A stretch of DNA of 62,161 nt, filler included, from Sphacelaria rigidula (GCA_964200075.2; 7 parts of 7 records of this genome joined end to end with filler, not necessarily neighbours in it), one strand, 5' to 3'; positions 1 to 11,800 are shown, numbered from the whole stretch's first letter. Translations and numbers: made by a program. The notes: generated by a model from the sequence alone, not told the origin.

Positions 1-569
1 ACGGGCTTGGGCGTTGTTCGACTATACCATCTTTTTCCATTTGGTCGACGCATTTGTCGATTGCGTCTTGCACTCTGGGGTTTGCTCTATATGGTGCTCG
101 GTCTACCGGCTGAGTCCCAGGTTTGAGAGGAAAACGTGCTTCGTCTAACGTACAACAGCCCAACTCCTGCGGATTAAGTGAAAACACAGAACGGTATTTT
201 GCGCAAAGATCCAGTATTTGAGAGCATTGTTCCGGGGAAAAGGTCGTATTTTCGAAAGCTTTGCGTAAAGCTGGACGTAATTCCTCTTTCGCATTTTTTT
301 CTCTCTGACACCTTATTTCCCGCTATTGCACTGACTGTAGCTGGTTTTGTTTCTCGTACTGGGGTGATATAGCCTAAAATCGTATTACGTTTCAGGTTCA
401 CGAGTCGATTCGACGGATTTTCGATTTGTACCATTGCCCTCTTATTTCTTACCGACCATGTGCACACCGTCCTTGCAACGATGATGCGCGTGAACGCTTG
501 GGGGACATCGGTTGATCGAATGTCTTCTTCGGTTATAATGCGTGGCTCTACGACGGCTGTTGTTGTTCT

Positions 570-1403
570 TTACGGGGTATTTTCCGTTTCAAGTAATACG
601 GCCATCTCACTCTGCGGGAGCACGTTGCATTTCTTCGTGAGAAAAACTGGAACGGCGTTAGAACAGTTCACACTGACTACAGAACAATGTGTCCTTCCGG
701 GGTGTGTTGTATTTTGTGAACGCCGTTGTTTTCGATGCGATGCTTTGACTTCAATACTGGAATCGCGGAATGTTAGCTCTTCCGCTTGCCAGTCGAGTAT
801 AGCTTGGAAAGCACTCATTACGGAATTGTCTAGTTAAAGGCAATCCGGTCCTAGGTTAGGTGATACGAACGCTTCTACTGGTAGGGTTTTTATCCCTAAC
901 GTAAGTTCAAAGCGTATGAAACCTAGAATTTTCATGGGGGAGCCGTCCGCACTCCTGAGGTCTATCGATCCTGGCGGTACTGGCTTTATATCAGCTGCCA
1001 TTATGGCCGGGTGTTCATCGATGAACTTTTTGCTGATACAGGGCACGTCTGCTGCGGAATCAATTGTGACTTTTTCAGCGGGGGTGCCGTTTACTCTGGC
1101 TGTGACTCTCACACGGGCTGATGCACTGGACAGTGCTAAAGGTGCAACTGTATATCTGGCAAGCAAAGATGCGTTGTAAGAGCCATAACAGTGATCATTT
1201 AGGATTGGGTTTGAAAACGAAGATTGGTGTTTCGATTTTTTATTTCTCTGCAATGAGTTACTCACAAAAGCTGCCTGCGGAGCTAAAAATATACGTTGCG
1301 TCTGTTCTACGCATTCGTTATTTGTACTCTGCTCTCTGCTGCTATGCTCTGGCTCGTGCTCATCCCGTACATGGTTGACCTCTACCCGAGACCTCTTACG
1401 CAT
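570..1403 (-). pseudogene. Retrotransposon aspartic protease region (downstream copy)
   Basis: VTIDSAADVPCIS catalytic motif, ADGSPMKILG flap region, then CL*LDNSVMSAFQAILDW after a premature stop at 834-836. Confidence 0.85.
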
Positions 1404-3373
1404 TCTCCGTGGTTGGTCTGCCGTACTGTCAAAAAAATGAAACTCTCCCCTCTTACGAGCCAGAGGGTTGACGATTTCGCGTCCTTGTGTTTCCCTCGAT
1501 TTTCTACGTGAGGATTTACCGTTTCTGCCCCGATCAGATGAGGGGTCCTTTCTTGGGCACCTTCACTGGTTGTACTTTTTTGCAAACTCTACATGGCTTT
1601 GCAAAAGGCGGCAATCCGCTGTCTCGGGTGTGTTCTTGTACCTGCGTGGTGCGTACTCACAACGGACCGATTTTTTCGTTTTACCGCTCAGCTGCTTGTC
1701 GTTGGATGTACTCTTATCGTTACTGTCTTTGAAGCGTACTTTCTTCAACTCTCCCCCTGATCTATTCGCGCTCCTGTCTCTGCTAGCAGACCGTTTCTCC
1801 GCTCTCCCTCTCTCTCCTTTGATCGCTTTTAACTGCGACTGAAGATCCGTCAGGATTGCGCCCTGATCGGTTATCATTTCCGCTAGCTGTGGACGTGGGG
1901 AATTTACGGTTGCGGCCGAGACATGGGGAGTGTATCCAGTTTGGTTTGGCCATGTGCGGAGATTTTTTGTTCGTGTTTTTTCGCTCGTGCTGTCGCAGTT
2001 TGGTAGTCGAGCGTACTATCTTCTCTCACCATTTCAACTCTGATATGGTGTTTGAGCCCAGTCTCACATGCTGCTGTTGTGACCACGTCTATTATGAAGC
2101 GAAACGTGTCGTGGCCAGAGAATTTCACCCGCAAGGCCTCGGTCACGAATCTGTCCATCGAAGTCGTACACTCCAGTGCATAGTCGTCTACGTTCTGATC
2201 TTCTTTCTGTTTCGGATCGGCTATCGCACGGGCTAACAGTGCTAGTTGGTTTGGTGGAGAGCAGCGATGGGTGTAGGCCGCTACCCATTCTGTCCATGTT
2301 TTCGGGGCGATGGGTGCGGTATCTTCTTCTCTCGATTTGACGTCTTGCAGTACAGCTAGTGTGCGCCACTCTACTTTTCCGCTTCCGAGAGGGGTGTATA
2401 GCTTTTCTGCTGACCCTCTGAGGATAAGTGGTGAGTGTTTTATGGCGTGCCGTTGTACTGTGGATTATGTGCAATCGTCAGGGGCATGAATCCTAACTCG
2501 ATTGAGAAATGCATCAAGAATTGCTGGCACGTCCTCACTCCGTTTTCCTTCTAGGATTAACGTTGATGGAAGATCCGATTGTTTCATCGAAAAAAATTGA
2601 GTTCTCATGGTGCTACTATGGCTTGTAGATGGCGGAGTCAGCACTGAACTAGACACAGGCTCTATGTTGTGGCTGTTGTCTTGTACGTTAGTGAGGCTAG
2701 TTGACGGATCTAACGTCAAAGTCCCTGAGCTCTCCGTGGATTGGATCGGCGTAGTGTTAGACAGTTCGACCTCGAAATTATCGACTGGATCATTGACACT
2801 ATCCTGGGGTTTACTCGTGTTGTTTTGTGGCATCGTACGGTTACTTAGATGTTCTATTTCCGATGCTACTGGGTTGCTCGATTTCGATACCTGTGAAACT
2901 CCCTGCTCTTGCGGTACTGAGAGCCCCAAAGCTTGCATCACCCACGGAGCGGGCTCCGTACCTTCCTCGTCGCTCCTCTCCAACGCCCTATATGCGAGCT
3001 CTGCTGCTTTTTCTTTGATGGTGGGTTGTGGCGTAGGAGTTGGTGTAGAGGATGAGGATAGATTGGTGGGATCGCGAAGCGCATCAAACCTACCGGTGGA
3101 CACCTGACGGATATTGGTGCTCCGCTCAGAGTCATCAGAGTTGTCGCTGTCGCTTTCCCCCTCGTGGCTATAGGGAGGTTGAGCGGGCAGGGTTGTGTCG
3201 GCCGGCGCAGGTACTACTGATTATGCTGCGCCTCTGGACTCTGCCGCTTTCGCCGCCGAGGTGGAAGCTGATGGCGTGACGGCCGCGGTTGGATGCTAGA
3301 GGGTCTTCGCGATGACCCTTCCCTGAGTAGTTGTTCTGGTGGATTTTTTGTGGGCGGATTTCTTTCTCGGCAT
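1382..3373 (-). pseudogene. gag region of retrotransposon A (disrupted)
   Basis: ATG at 3373 (MPRKKSAHKK...) reads through two premature stops into ORF 2465-3103. It continues through fragments 1904-2158, 1563-1877 and 1382-1585 up to the protease. The assignment rests on position between LTR and protease. Confidence 0.7.
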
Positions 3374-3434
3374 GGTGAAAGACGAGTGCCCTACTACTAG
3401 ATGTCTTACTTGAGTTCTATTCTCGTGTCGCGAA

Positions 3435-3794
3435 TGTAAGGAGGACGCATCCAAGAGGGGACAGACGAAGGAAGAGGCTGTCCCAAGAGATGTCGTCCTG
3501 ATGCCGAAGGAACTCCGAAGCTGACAATGATTTCCTCTTGTGAGACATAGGCAAAAAGTGGGTCAGACACAAAGTAGTCGCTGGAGGCGACCCGTTCCTC
3601 GGAGGATGTTGGACCGTCCTGAATGTTAGGCTCTGCCTGGCATCACCCCGAGTTGTCTAGTTGCGTTGGCATTACAGGGTCCTCGGGAATCTGGTCCTTC
3701 CGGAACGTCCCTACCTCGTCCCTGCTTGCACTGGGTCTGTATACATGTGTAACATCAGTCTCTGATATGTCACAGCAAAGAGATATCTCCCACA
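3435..3794 (-). repeat. Single ~360-bp LTR shared between the two tandem copies
   Basis: On the minus strand it begins TGTGGGAG two bases after the polypurine tract and ends ...CTCCTTACA (TG...CA with an imperfect inverted repeat), about 60 nt before the gag ATG. The 3' boundary is inferred because no second LTR is present for comparison. Confidence 0.7.
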
Positions 3795-3796
3795 TA

Positions 3797-3807
3797 CCCC
3801 CCCCCTT
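3797..3807 (-). promoter_or_regulatory. Polypurine tract (plus-strand primer) of retrotransposon A
   Basis: Minus strand reads AAGGGGGGGGG-TA-TGTGGG, downstream of the integrase/chromodomain and abutting the LTR start. Confidence 0.85.
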
Positions 3808-4515
3808 ATGCGCCTGAAGCCCATCGAAGCTATGGCTGGTGGGACGAGGCGATCATCAGCTTCGCTGATGATATAACCATGGGAATATCATTGAGTGACT
3901 ATCATAGATTAAGTCACGCCACCACTACTCGCAAAGGCAGCCCTTCTCTATACTGTGGTATTGAGCAAACACCTCCAGTACATTTTAGCTACCTGTGGTC
4001 CGTATAGTGCATGTATTGCAAACCTTTTATTTTGGTTTTTTGTCATGTAGTTGTCATATATGACATGTTTCCATCAGATGTATTTGCACTTAGGTGCTGG
4101 TTGCATCTGTTGGTCTACATGACTGGGCAATGGGACACTGATCGATCCACGGGCGCCTGGGTTATTCACGCCCGCGTACTGGGACGCCTTCGGTTCCTCT
4201 GACACCTGCGTGGGACTACGTCCTTGTGTTAGTAACAAAGCGGTGGGCACGATGTTTTCGGTCTGTGAGCATTGTGCTTCTGTCTAAACATCGCAAAAAT
4301 GACCCTTACTTCCTGTCAGCAACTACCCCCATTGCTGAGAGGTGATCTCCCTTGGGAAGTTTCACCTCCGTCACCGCTGACATGTCAGATCTCGTTCTGT
4401 TCATGTCCGTGTTGTTCTAACGTTGTTGACTCTCATTAATTTCCGAATTTTGACCCCAGGCTACTGTTCAACCCTTGAGCGTGTTGCTAAGGCGCTCGCA
4501 CAGTCTGTTGAACAG

Positions 4516-4884
4516 TCACATCCGTTTCCGTTTCCCTGTAGTCTTGGATTTCGAGTCCGGATGTGGGCGTTCGGCTAACCCATTGTCATGACGGTATTTG
4601 TCAATGAGATGTCTGCATTGCGGTATTTCATCCGCACGGTAGGTAAGGTCAGCCGCTGGGCCGTAACCTTTGAGTCTCAACCGATATTTATAGTTATGGG
4701 TACTCCTCCGACCTGGGCCTGGCGCGTGACCTACCACTTTTTCGACGGTGTAGCGTTCTATTGTGGGCAATATTCCGTCTGATTGGTCTATCTCTGGTAG
4801 AGGTAGCTGTCTACCTAAGAACAACTCGCTCAACTTGTCAAAGTCTGGTGCTGGTGCGGTTTCTCGCGGGTGATATTTCTTCAA
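4516..4884 (-). CDS. Integrase C-terminal chromodomain fragment
   Basis: RYTVEKVVGH...YKYRLRLKGYGPAADLTYRADEIPQCRHLIDKY matches the chromodomain pattern (Y-x-VEK...Y-x-V-x-W-x-GY...L-I-x-x-Y) and directly follows the GPF module. Confidence 0.75.
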   Translation of the reverse strand: MKKYHPRETAPAPDFDKLSELFLGRQLPLPEIDQSDGILPTIERYTVEKVVGHAPGPGRRSTHNYKYRLRLKGYGPAADLTYRADEIPQCRHLIDKYRHDNGLAERPHPDSKSKTTGKRKRM

Positions 4885-5947
4885 ATGGCGAGATGTACTG
4901 ACGTTTCCTTAGAGCCGTCGCCTATTTTGATTATGTATACCACCGGCGATCGTCTCTCGGTTATCGTGAATGGACCTCTCCATGGTAACTGGAGTTTGGG
5001 ATTCGGCCCTTCTGAGTCTTGATACGGTCGATACAAAAGAACTTTTGGCCCCGGTTTGAACACTGGGAAAGATTTTAGTTTGTTTATGTTTTCTTGCTCG
5101 TTCGCCTTTTCTCGTAAGGCTTGACTCGTGATCTCAAATCCAAACTGTAGGTTTTCCCGTGTTTCCTTGGAAAATTCTTCGGGTGTCACCGCTTAGCTCT
5201 CTTCTGGTATGCCAAGAATCATGTCAACCGGCAACCTGGGCTGCCTTCCGAACAACAGAAAGCACGGTGTCTCTTGTACTGTGTTCTGATAAGAGGTGTT
5301 GTACGCCATTTGGACGAATGGTAGCATGGATGCCCAGTTTTTGTTTCCGATTGACATATGCATCGCTAGCATCATGTGCATAGTGGAGTGGACGCGTTCT
5401 GACACTGAGTTGCCTTGCGGACGTAGTGGGGTCGTACGTGTTTTATCGAAACCTAACTCTTGTTGCAGTGCGTATATTAATTTGTTCTCAAACTCGGCTC
5501 CCTGGTCGCTGTGGAGCTTCATTGGGATGCTAAATGTTGTAAAAGCTCTGTCAATAAGAGTTTTGGCTATCGCCGTGGCTCGTTTATTCGGGACTGGAAT
5601 GAGCAAAGCATACCTTGTGAGGTGGTCCATTACTGTCAGTACGTGTTTACGTAGTACTCCGGCGTTGGACATTGAAGCCGTTTTGTATTCAACCAGATCA
5701 AGCGACACTCGTTCATATGACCTTTCTACCGGAACGTGTCCCATTGGCAATTTTTGCCGGCGGGGCGTCTGTCAGCGTTGGTAACTTCGACATTGTAAGC
5801 ATAATCCTTGATATCGCGGTTCATTGATGGCCAATAATACTTCGGTCGGATTTTGTCGTATGTGCGCTTGAATCCTAAGTGGCCTCCTGATAGTGCATGG
5901 TCGTGGTACGCATGTAGCACCAAGCCTATTAGGGTCTTAGGTAGCAC
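4881..5947 (-). pseudogene. Retrotransposon integrase (HHCC, DDE core, GPY/F), frameshifted
   Basis: HDHALSGGHLG...YYWPSM zinc-finger region; VSLDLV, VMDHLTRY, LHSDQGAEF and PQGNSVSER core motifs; KLQLPWRGPF. Split over three ORFs. Confidence 0.93.
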
Positions 5948-5968
5948 AAGTTGGTCACAAACTGTGCT

Positions 5969-7918
5969 TCATTTTTTCAAGTGTCCCGGCAAGTAAGATT
6001 TGAATAAAGTCCCGTCATGTGCTGAATAATGTGACATCGATGTGAGCGATTCTTTTTCTGGTATCGAAGCATCTTTTCCCGTGATATATTCGATGTAGGG
6101 ACCGTACTCTAGTGCTTGCTCTTCTCGCAATTTTTTGCGGTTGATTGATGTGAAGACATTCGCTGCGCTTACGTGTACTGATTTCACGGTGAACAACTCT
6201 CGATCAATTTGCACCGGTTTCAAATTTTCGAGCTTTTCAGCTGAAATCTGGAACTGATGTTGTGGCTTAGCTATTTGTAACTCAGGGTTTTCTGGGACGT
6301 TACGGCATATCGGCGCAAGCAACGGCTTGATTTCTGCTTCCTGTCGCTTTTCAAACGCAAACAGCCGTGAGAGGGTATCCGGTATCACGTGAAGTTTCCC
6401 CGGTTTATGTTTGATCGTGAAATCATACGATTGCAATGCGATCGCCCATCGGGTCAACATATTACTCGTATCTGGCATCGCATACAAATATCGAAGAGCG
6501 GTATGGTCTGTTACACACGTAAAGTGACGTCCCCAGAGAAAAGCTCTGAAATGTTGAATCGCTAGTACGACCGCGTAACATTCTTTCATGGTCGGCGAAT
6601 AGCGGGCCTGGGCGTCGTTGAAACGTTGACTGAAGTATGCTACGATTGCTTCGTCTTCGCCTTTCCTTTGGGAAACGTAGGCCCCGGCCCCACGGTCTGA
6701 AGCATCAACGTTTATGATGGAGTCTTTCGTGAAATCTGGAAAATGAAGGACGGGTGCCTCCGTCATCAATTTTTTAATTTTCTCGAAGGCTTCATCATGT
6801 TCAGTATTCCAGAGTTTCGACACTTGTTTTGCCGCTCCTTTTTTTGTGAGATCTACCAGTGGTGCTATGGTTGTAGCCAAGTCTGGTATGAATTTCCGTA
6901 CGAAATGTTTTGTACCGGGTACTGATCTCAACTCTTTGATATTGGTGGGTTTCGGTAAGTCGAGGATAGCTTTTATTCTTTCATCACTCACTCTGATGCC
7001 ATCTGCGGATAGTACATGACCTAAGTATTTGACCTGCTTTGGACCAAATTGGATTTTTGTCGGCTTTAGTGTAAGGCCTGCTGTTTGCAGTGCTTGGAAC
7101 GTGCTTTCCAGTAGGGTGAGATGACTTTCCCAGCTTGATGAACAACAAATTATGTCATCCATATACACTAGTAAGCCACTCTTAGGTCCGAATTGTGCAA
7201 ATGCTAGTGCCATTATGCGTGAGAAGATAAAGGGTGAACACGCTAGACCACATGGTAACCGGTTGAACACCCATTTCCCTCTATGAGTTACAAGCGCTGT
7301 TTTCTCTTTTTCGCTTTCCGCTACTGGTATCTGGTGGAACGCTCTTTGTACATCGCAAACTGTATTGAATTTCGCCCCCGATACTGTATCTATGTGACTT
7401 TCGATAGCTGGCATGGGCCATGATTTGCGAATCAAGTTTTTATTTATCGTTGCTCGATAATCTACGCAAAATCGTGTTGTTCCATCTGCTTTTGCGACTA
7501 TTGTAACCGCTGATCCCCACGGGCTTGGGCGTTGTTCGACTATACCATCTTTTTCCATTTCGTCGACGTATTTGTCGATTGCGTCTTGCACTCTGGGGTT
7601 TACTCTATATGGTGCTCGGTCTACCGGCTGAGTTCCAGGTTTGAGCGGAAAACGTGCTTCGTCTAACGTACAACAGCCCAACTCCTGCGGGTTAAGTGAA
7701 AACACAGAACGGTATTTTGCGCAAAGATCCAGTATTTGAGAGCATTGTTCCGGGGAAAAAGTCGTATTTTCGAAAGCTTTGCGTAGAGCTGGACGTAATT
7801 CCTCTTTCGCACTTTTTCTCTCTGACACCTTATTTCCCGTCATTGCACTGACTGCAGCTGGTTTTGTTTCTCGTACTGGGGTGATATAGCCTAAAATCGT
7901 ATTACGTTTCAGGTCCAC
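5969..7918 (-). CDS. Pol fragment: reverse transcriptase and RNase H (649 aa open)
   Basis: SPWGSAVTIV, RFCVDYR, AFHQI, RLPCGL, LVYMDDII, VKYLGH; RNase H VDASDRGAGA, KECYAVV, TDHTAL, HVIPDTLSR. Confidence 0.97.
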   Translation of the reverse strand: MDLKRNTILGYITPVRETKPAAVSAMTGNKVSERKSAKEELRPALRKAFENTTFSPEQCSQILDLCAKYRSVFSLNPQELGCCTLDEARFPLKPGTQPVDRAPYRVNPRVQDAIDKYVDEMEKDGIVEQRPSPWGSAVTIVAKADGTTRFCVDYRATINKNLIRKSWPMPAIESHIDTVSGAKFNTVCDVQRAFHQIPVAESEKEKTALVTHRGKWVFNRLPCGLACSPFIFSRIMALAFAQFGPKSGLLVYMDDIICCSSSWESHLTLLESTFQALQTAGLTLKPTKIQFGPKQVKYLGHVLSADGIRVSDERIKAILDLPKPTNIKELRSVPGTKHFVRKFIPDLATTIAPLVDLTKKGAAKQVSKLWNTEHDEAFEKIKKLMTEAPVLHFPDFTKDSIINVDASDRGAGAYVSQRKGEDEAIVAYFSQRFNDAQARYSPTMKECYAVVLAIQHFRAFLWGRHFTCVTDHTALRYLYAMPDTSNMLTRWAIALQSYDFTIKHKPGKLHVIPDTLSRLFAFEKRQEAEIKPLLAPICRNVPENPELQIAKPQHQFQISAEKLENLKPVQIDRELFTVKSVHVSAANVFTSINRKKLREEQALEYGPYIEYITGKDASIPEKESLTSMSHYSAHDGTLFKSYLPGHLKK

Positions 7919-7942
7919 AGGTCGATTCGACGGATTTTCGAT

Positions 7943-8706
7943 TTATACCATTGCCGTCTTATTTGTTGCCGACCATGTGCACACCGTCCTTGCAACGATG
8001 ATGCGCGTGGACGCTTGGGGTACATCGGTTGATCGAATGTCTTCATCGGTTATAATGCGTGGCTCTACGACGGCTGCTGTTGTTCTTGACGGGGTATTTT
8101 CCGTTTCAACTAATACGGCCATCTCACTCTGCGGGGGGGCACGTTGCATTTCTTCGCGAGACAAACTGGAACAGCGTTAGAACAGTTCACACTGACTACA
8201 GAACAATGTGTCGTTCCGGGGTGTGTTGTATTTTGTAAATGCCGTTGTTTTTAATGCGATGCTTTGACTTTTATACTGGAATCGCGGAATGTTAGCTCTT
8301 CCGCTTGCCAGTCGAGTATAGCTTGGAAAGCACTCATAACGGAATTGTCCAGTAAAAGGCAATCCGGTCCCAGGTTAGGTAATACGAACACTTCTACTGG
8401 TAGGGTTTTTATCCCTAATGTAAGTTCAAAACGTATGAAACCTAGAATTTTCATGGGGGAGTCGTCCGCACTCCTGAGGTCTATCGATCCTGGCGGTACT
8501 GGCTTTATATCAGCTGCCATTATGGCCGGGTGTTCATCGATGAACGTTTTGCTGACACAGGACACGTCTGCTGCGGAATCAATTGTGACTTTGTCAGCGG
8601 GGGTGCCGTTTACTCTGACTGTGACTCATACACGGGCTGATGCACAGGACAGTGCTAAAGGTGCAAGTGTATATCTGGCAAGCGAGGATGCATTGTAAGA
8701 GCCATA
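7943..8706 (-). pseudogene. Protease and PR-RT spacer domain (upstream copy), frameshifted
   Basis: Duplicate of 425-1187; IDSAADVSCVS motif. Confidence 0.85.
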
Positions 8707-8709
8707 TCA

Positions 8710-8796
8710 GACACTTTTGACGATAGCCCCCCCCCCAAACCAGCTAAAAGTGTCACGAAAAAAATGGGCATACAGCGCCTGATGTTCGGGTTCAGG
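8710..8796 (+). mobile_element. Start of a MITE-like repeat inserted into retrotransposon A
   Basis: Similarity between the two Gypsy copies stops at 8706. What follows (GACACTTTTGACGATAGCCCC...) matches the start of the repeat at 32161-32418. Confidence 0.75.
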
Positions 8797-8896
8797 NNNN
8801 NNNNNNNNNNNNNNNNNNNNNNNNNNNNNNNNNNNNNNNNTTAATTAATTAANNNNNNNNNNNNNNNNNNNNNNNNNNNNNNNNNNNNNNNNNNNN
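8797..8896. other. Artificial scaffold-joining spacer
   Basis: N44-TTAATTAATTAA-N44 (stops in all six frames). Confidence 0.99.
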
Positions 8897-11800
8897 ATCA
8901 GGCCGACGAAAACGTCATTGGGCACCATCGCCGAAAGCGTGGGGAAAGCACTGTTTTAGGCTTGAACCTCATCTCGAAGTTAAACCTCAATCCGCACAAT
9001 TTGTTGTTCGAGGTAAAGTGTCCGCTTTGAGCCCGACCAAACGTTCGAAGATACTGTCGAACAGCACCACCGTACTTTGCTGGCATTGGCATCCGCCAAT
9101 CAGTACGGTACGGAAAACAAGTCGACTGTTGAGCGTTCTTATTAGAAAGCAACGGGCATAAAACTGTTTGCAGGTAGAAAAACGGGGATTTTCATACACG
9201 AGAAACTCTGTGTTCCCCATTGGGTGTTACATGCACTCCCAAACACTCTGTCGTCCTTCTTTCATACCTGACGGGGGGACGAGAAAGTCGCAGTTCCTAG
9301 GGTAACGAGAGCCATTTCAACGATCTGGACGTAGTTTCGAAAACCGAACTGCTTTGTTTTCACACAGTAGCTGTTCCGAATTTGGGTACATAATAACATG
9401 TTGTTACCGTGTGTGATCTCTCGGCATACGCTCCGCAGACGAAAATCAGTAGAGTAGAGCAACGAAAGCTCCAGATTGCAGCTGACGCACCCCTCTGCAC
9501 CACGCTAGCAACAGTTAGGTCGTCACCATAGATATCGTTTTACACTCCGCATGTCAAGAAGGTCTCCACAAGTTTTGATATATCTCACACACACACCCCA
9601 ACTGGCCTGTGGCAGGCTCTTGTGGTCGGGCGCCATGATGGTCAGATATGCCAGGGTAAAATCAACGATGAATGACACCCCCTAAGTTCGAATTGGATCA
9701 TCTGTTATTTTTGCCGCAGCGCACCGTCCTTGCTGGCATGTGTGTGATAGAGAACAGTGGTAGCGGTGACGGGAACATTGCCCTGTTTTTCAGCGCACAG
9801 AGGCGCGTCCTGTCCAAAAAGAGAGGCAGAGAGAAATCGATCATCGCGTTGGTGAGCTCCAGAGACAAAGAGACGAAATCTCTCCGTAGCTCGATGTTCT
9901 TTGGGGATACCTACCGGCACATGAGAAATTCGGTACGTGCTGGTAACATGCATGATGCCAGTCTCTCGAGCGATTGGTAATCGCCCAGCGAGGGCACACA
10001 AAGGACACGGGTGAGGAGCTTCCTCTCTGTCGCTGCTTCTCTCTCTGGTGATATCGTCATCGACACGCGTGTACACCGCAGTCCTTCGGTGCATTTAGCC
10101 ACAACAGATGATTCACAGTTGCAGAGTTCTGGGGGGAAACATGGTTTCGCTCTGTGTTACAGTTTTGCGTTATCCCTGCAAAAAAGATATGTCACTCGAA
10201 CCTCATTTTTGAGATCGACCCCCATATTTCGGGATCCGCTGTTCGATATGTTCACATTATATTTTGCGTCATCTATCAGGTTTTGGGCTATAAACCCTTA
10301 GACAGCGAGCGTCGCCTCGGAACAGTTTCACACGCTAACAACTCAAAGATATTTGGGGCTTTCCAGCGGGGGGCATGGTTTTTGATGGGGGGGGAGGTCT
10401 GTCCGCAAAGCAGCCGAAAAGCTCACCAAGTCAACCATGTGTGTTTTGAAGTCCCTCGCGGAAGATTGTAAGCCAGGAACGAGTTCATGACAATTCAACC
10501 ACAAATTACATCATGGGTAAAAATAACTTGTTTTGTACTCTGCTCGTGTTATTTGCCGCCTGTCTGACGCCTCATGTGTTGCCAGCATAGCTTCACACCG
10601 TCTGTAGTGTTGTTGAACACTACCAAGCAGTGATATCAGCAGGATACAGTACTGTGTGTTCAGTGAAGAGCTATGGCACGCCGGCTCTTTCTTGTATTCA
10701 GGGAAGACATGCCGCACACATGCTGATTCTGCACGCAATTGACAACAACAGGATAAAAACCGGTCAGGGGTTCTCCGGGCTATTTAATATATAGATGCCA
10801 AATAACCAAATGTATATGAAAAAAAGGCGTTTCGTGTATCGAGAAAGTAGCTGTTCTGAACCCCAAAATATAATTTCATCTAAGGAACATGCGAGCAGAG
10901 CAGGGCATCGGTTGAATCGGCTTTACTTGCACTTGAAAAAATTATTCATGATCATGATGGATTACCTTTTATTTACCCTTTGAATGCGAGCCGTGGTCGA
11001 CTTGTGAATCATCATCACTTTGACCTAATGAAAGCGATAAAATTATGCCGATTCAGTCAGAGCTTTCGTGAGTTTCCGGTGTATCGAACCCTAAAGACTG
11101 AAAAACGTGGCCTGAACTGCCGAGGTGGCCTCAAGGTGCATGGGCGCACGCGCGGGGGGGGGGAAGGGGGGGGGGCGGCGACAACGGAAGGGAACGGGGC
11201 CAGCAGAGAACAGCCGACCCGCGCTGGAAAACAACAAACTGGATNNNNNNNNNNGTCGGATGGGTCGGTGTGGTCGTGTCGGTCGGGCCGGGGGGGGGGG
11301 GGGGGGGGGGGGTGGGGGGGGGGGCGAGACAACAAAGGGATGAAACATGTCCAGCCTCGAACCTCCGACCCGCGCTATACATCAACGAGTTACTTTGCCT
11401 ATGCAGCCATATATGGCCAACACTTCGGGTTATGCGTCCAACACATTCCTGTATCTCCACCGGCTATTTATTTAGCAGTAACTGAGGCATTCAACCGCTG
11501 TGAACCCAAGCCCTAACCGAAGCCCGCACACCAGAGCCTGGATGGTGTGCTTGGTAATGTTCAAGGTTCGTGTTTCAGGGATAGGTGCGAGATTGGTATA
11601 AAAGCTAGACGGTGGATTCGCCAACCCGGAACTGTCAGGTCTGGATGTGGATTATATGTCTAACTCCACGGAAGCGAGCTTTTTGTTTTCAATCCTACTG
11701 CGGAAAGAGTGGATAAGCGAAAAGGTCTTCAGAACAGTTTCGCCCGCCAATTTACGAGTGTAAAGAGGTATCTCACACGAGAGGTTCACGGTATATTTGA

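Larger units (their letters stand above)
1..3794 (-). mobile_element. Ty3/Gypsy LTR retrotransposon A, downstream tandem copy (LTR, gag, protease, start of RT; cut by scaffold end)
   Basis: Positions 1-1187 are a near-identical repeat of 7519-8706. Protease motif IDSAA lies in ORF 834-1403. A gag-like frame starts at ATG 3373, just after the LTR. There are several stops and frameshifts. Confidence 0.92.
3435..8706 (-). mobile_element. Ty3/Gypsy chromodomain-bearing LTR retrotransposon A, upstream copy (PR-RT-RH-IN-CHD-PPT-LTR)
   Basis: Domain order is protease, RT (YMDD), RNase H, integrase, chromodomain, which is the Ty3/Gypsy order. The 5' part is lost at a MITE insertion and the scaffold end. 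Confidence 0.95.

Noticed and set aside
460..8698. Plus-strand ORFs antisense to the Gypsy gag-pol (e.g. 2607-3107, 5296-5784, 8264-8698)
   Set aside because: These are shadow frames of the minus-strand coding sequence with no independent evidence.
8897..10100. Exon-like minus-strand segments (e.g. CAG|GTATGA donor at about 9267, ORF 9705-10094)
   Set aside because: No recognisable product, and the frames could not be joined consistently.
11150..11330. G-rich ORFs (poly-Gly/Pro) and possible G-quadruplex around the N gap
   Set aside because: Low-quality gap flanks with inflated G runs; the ORFs span Ns.
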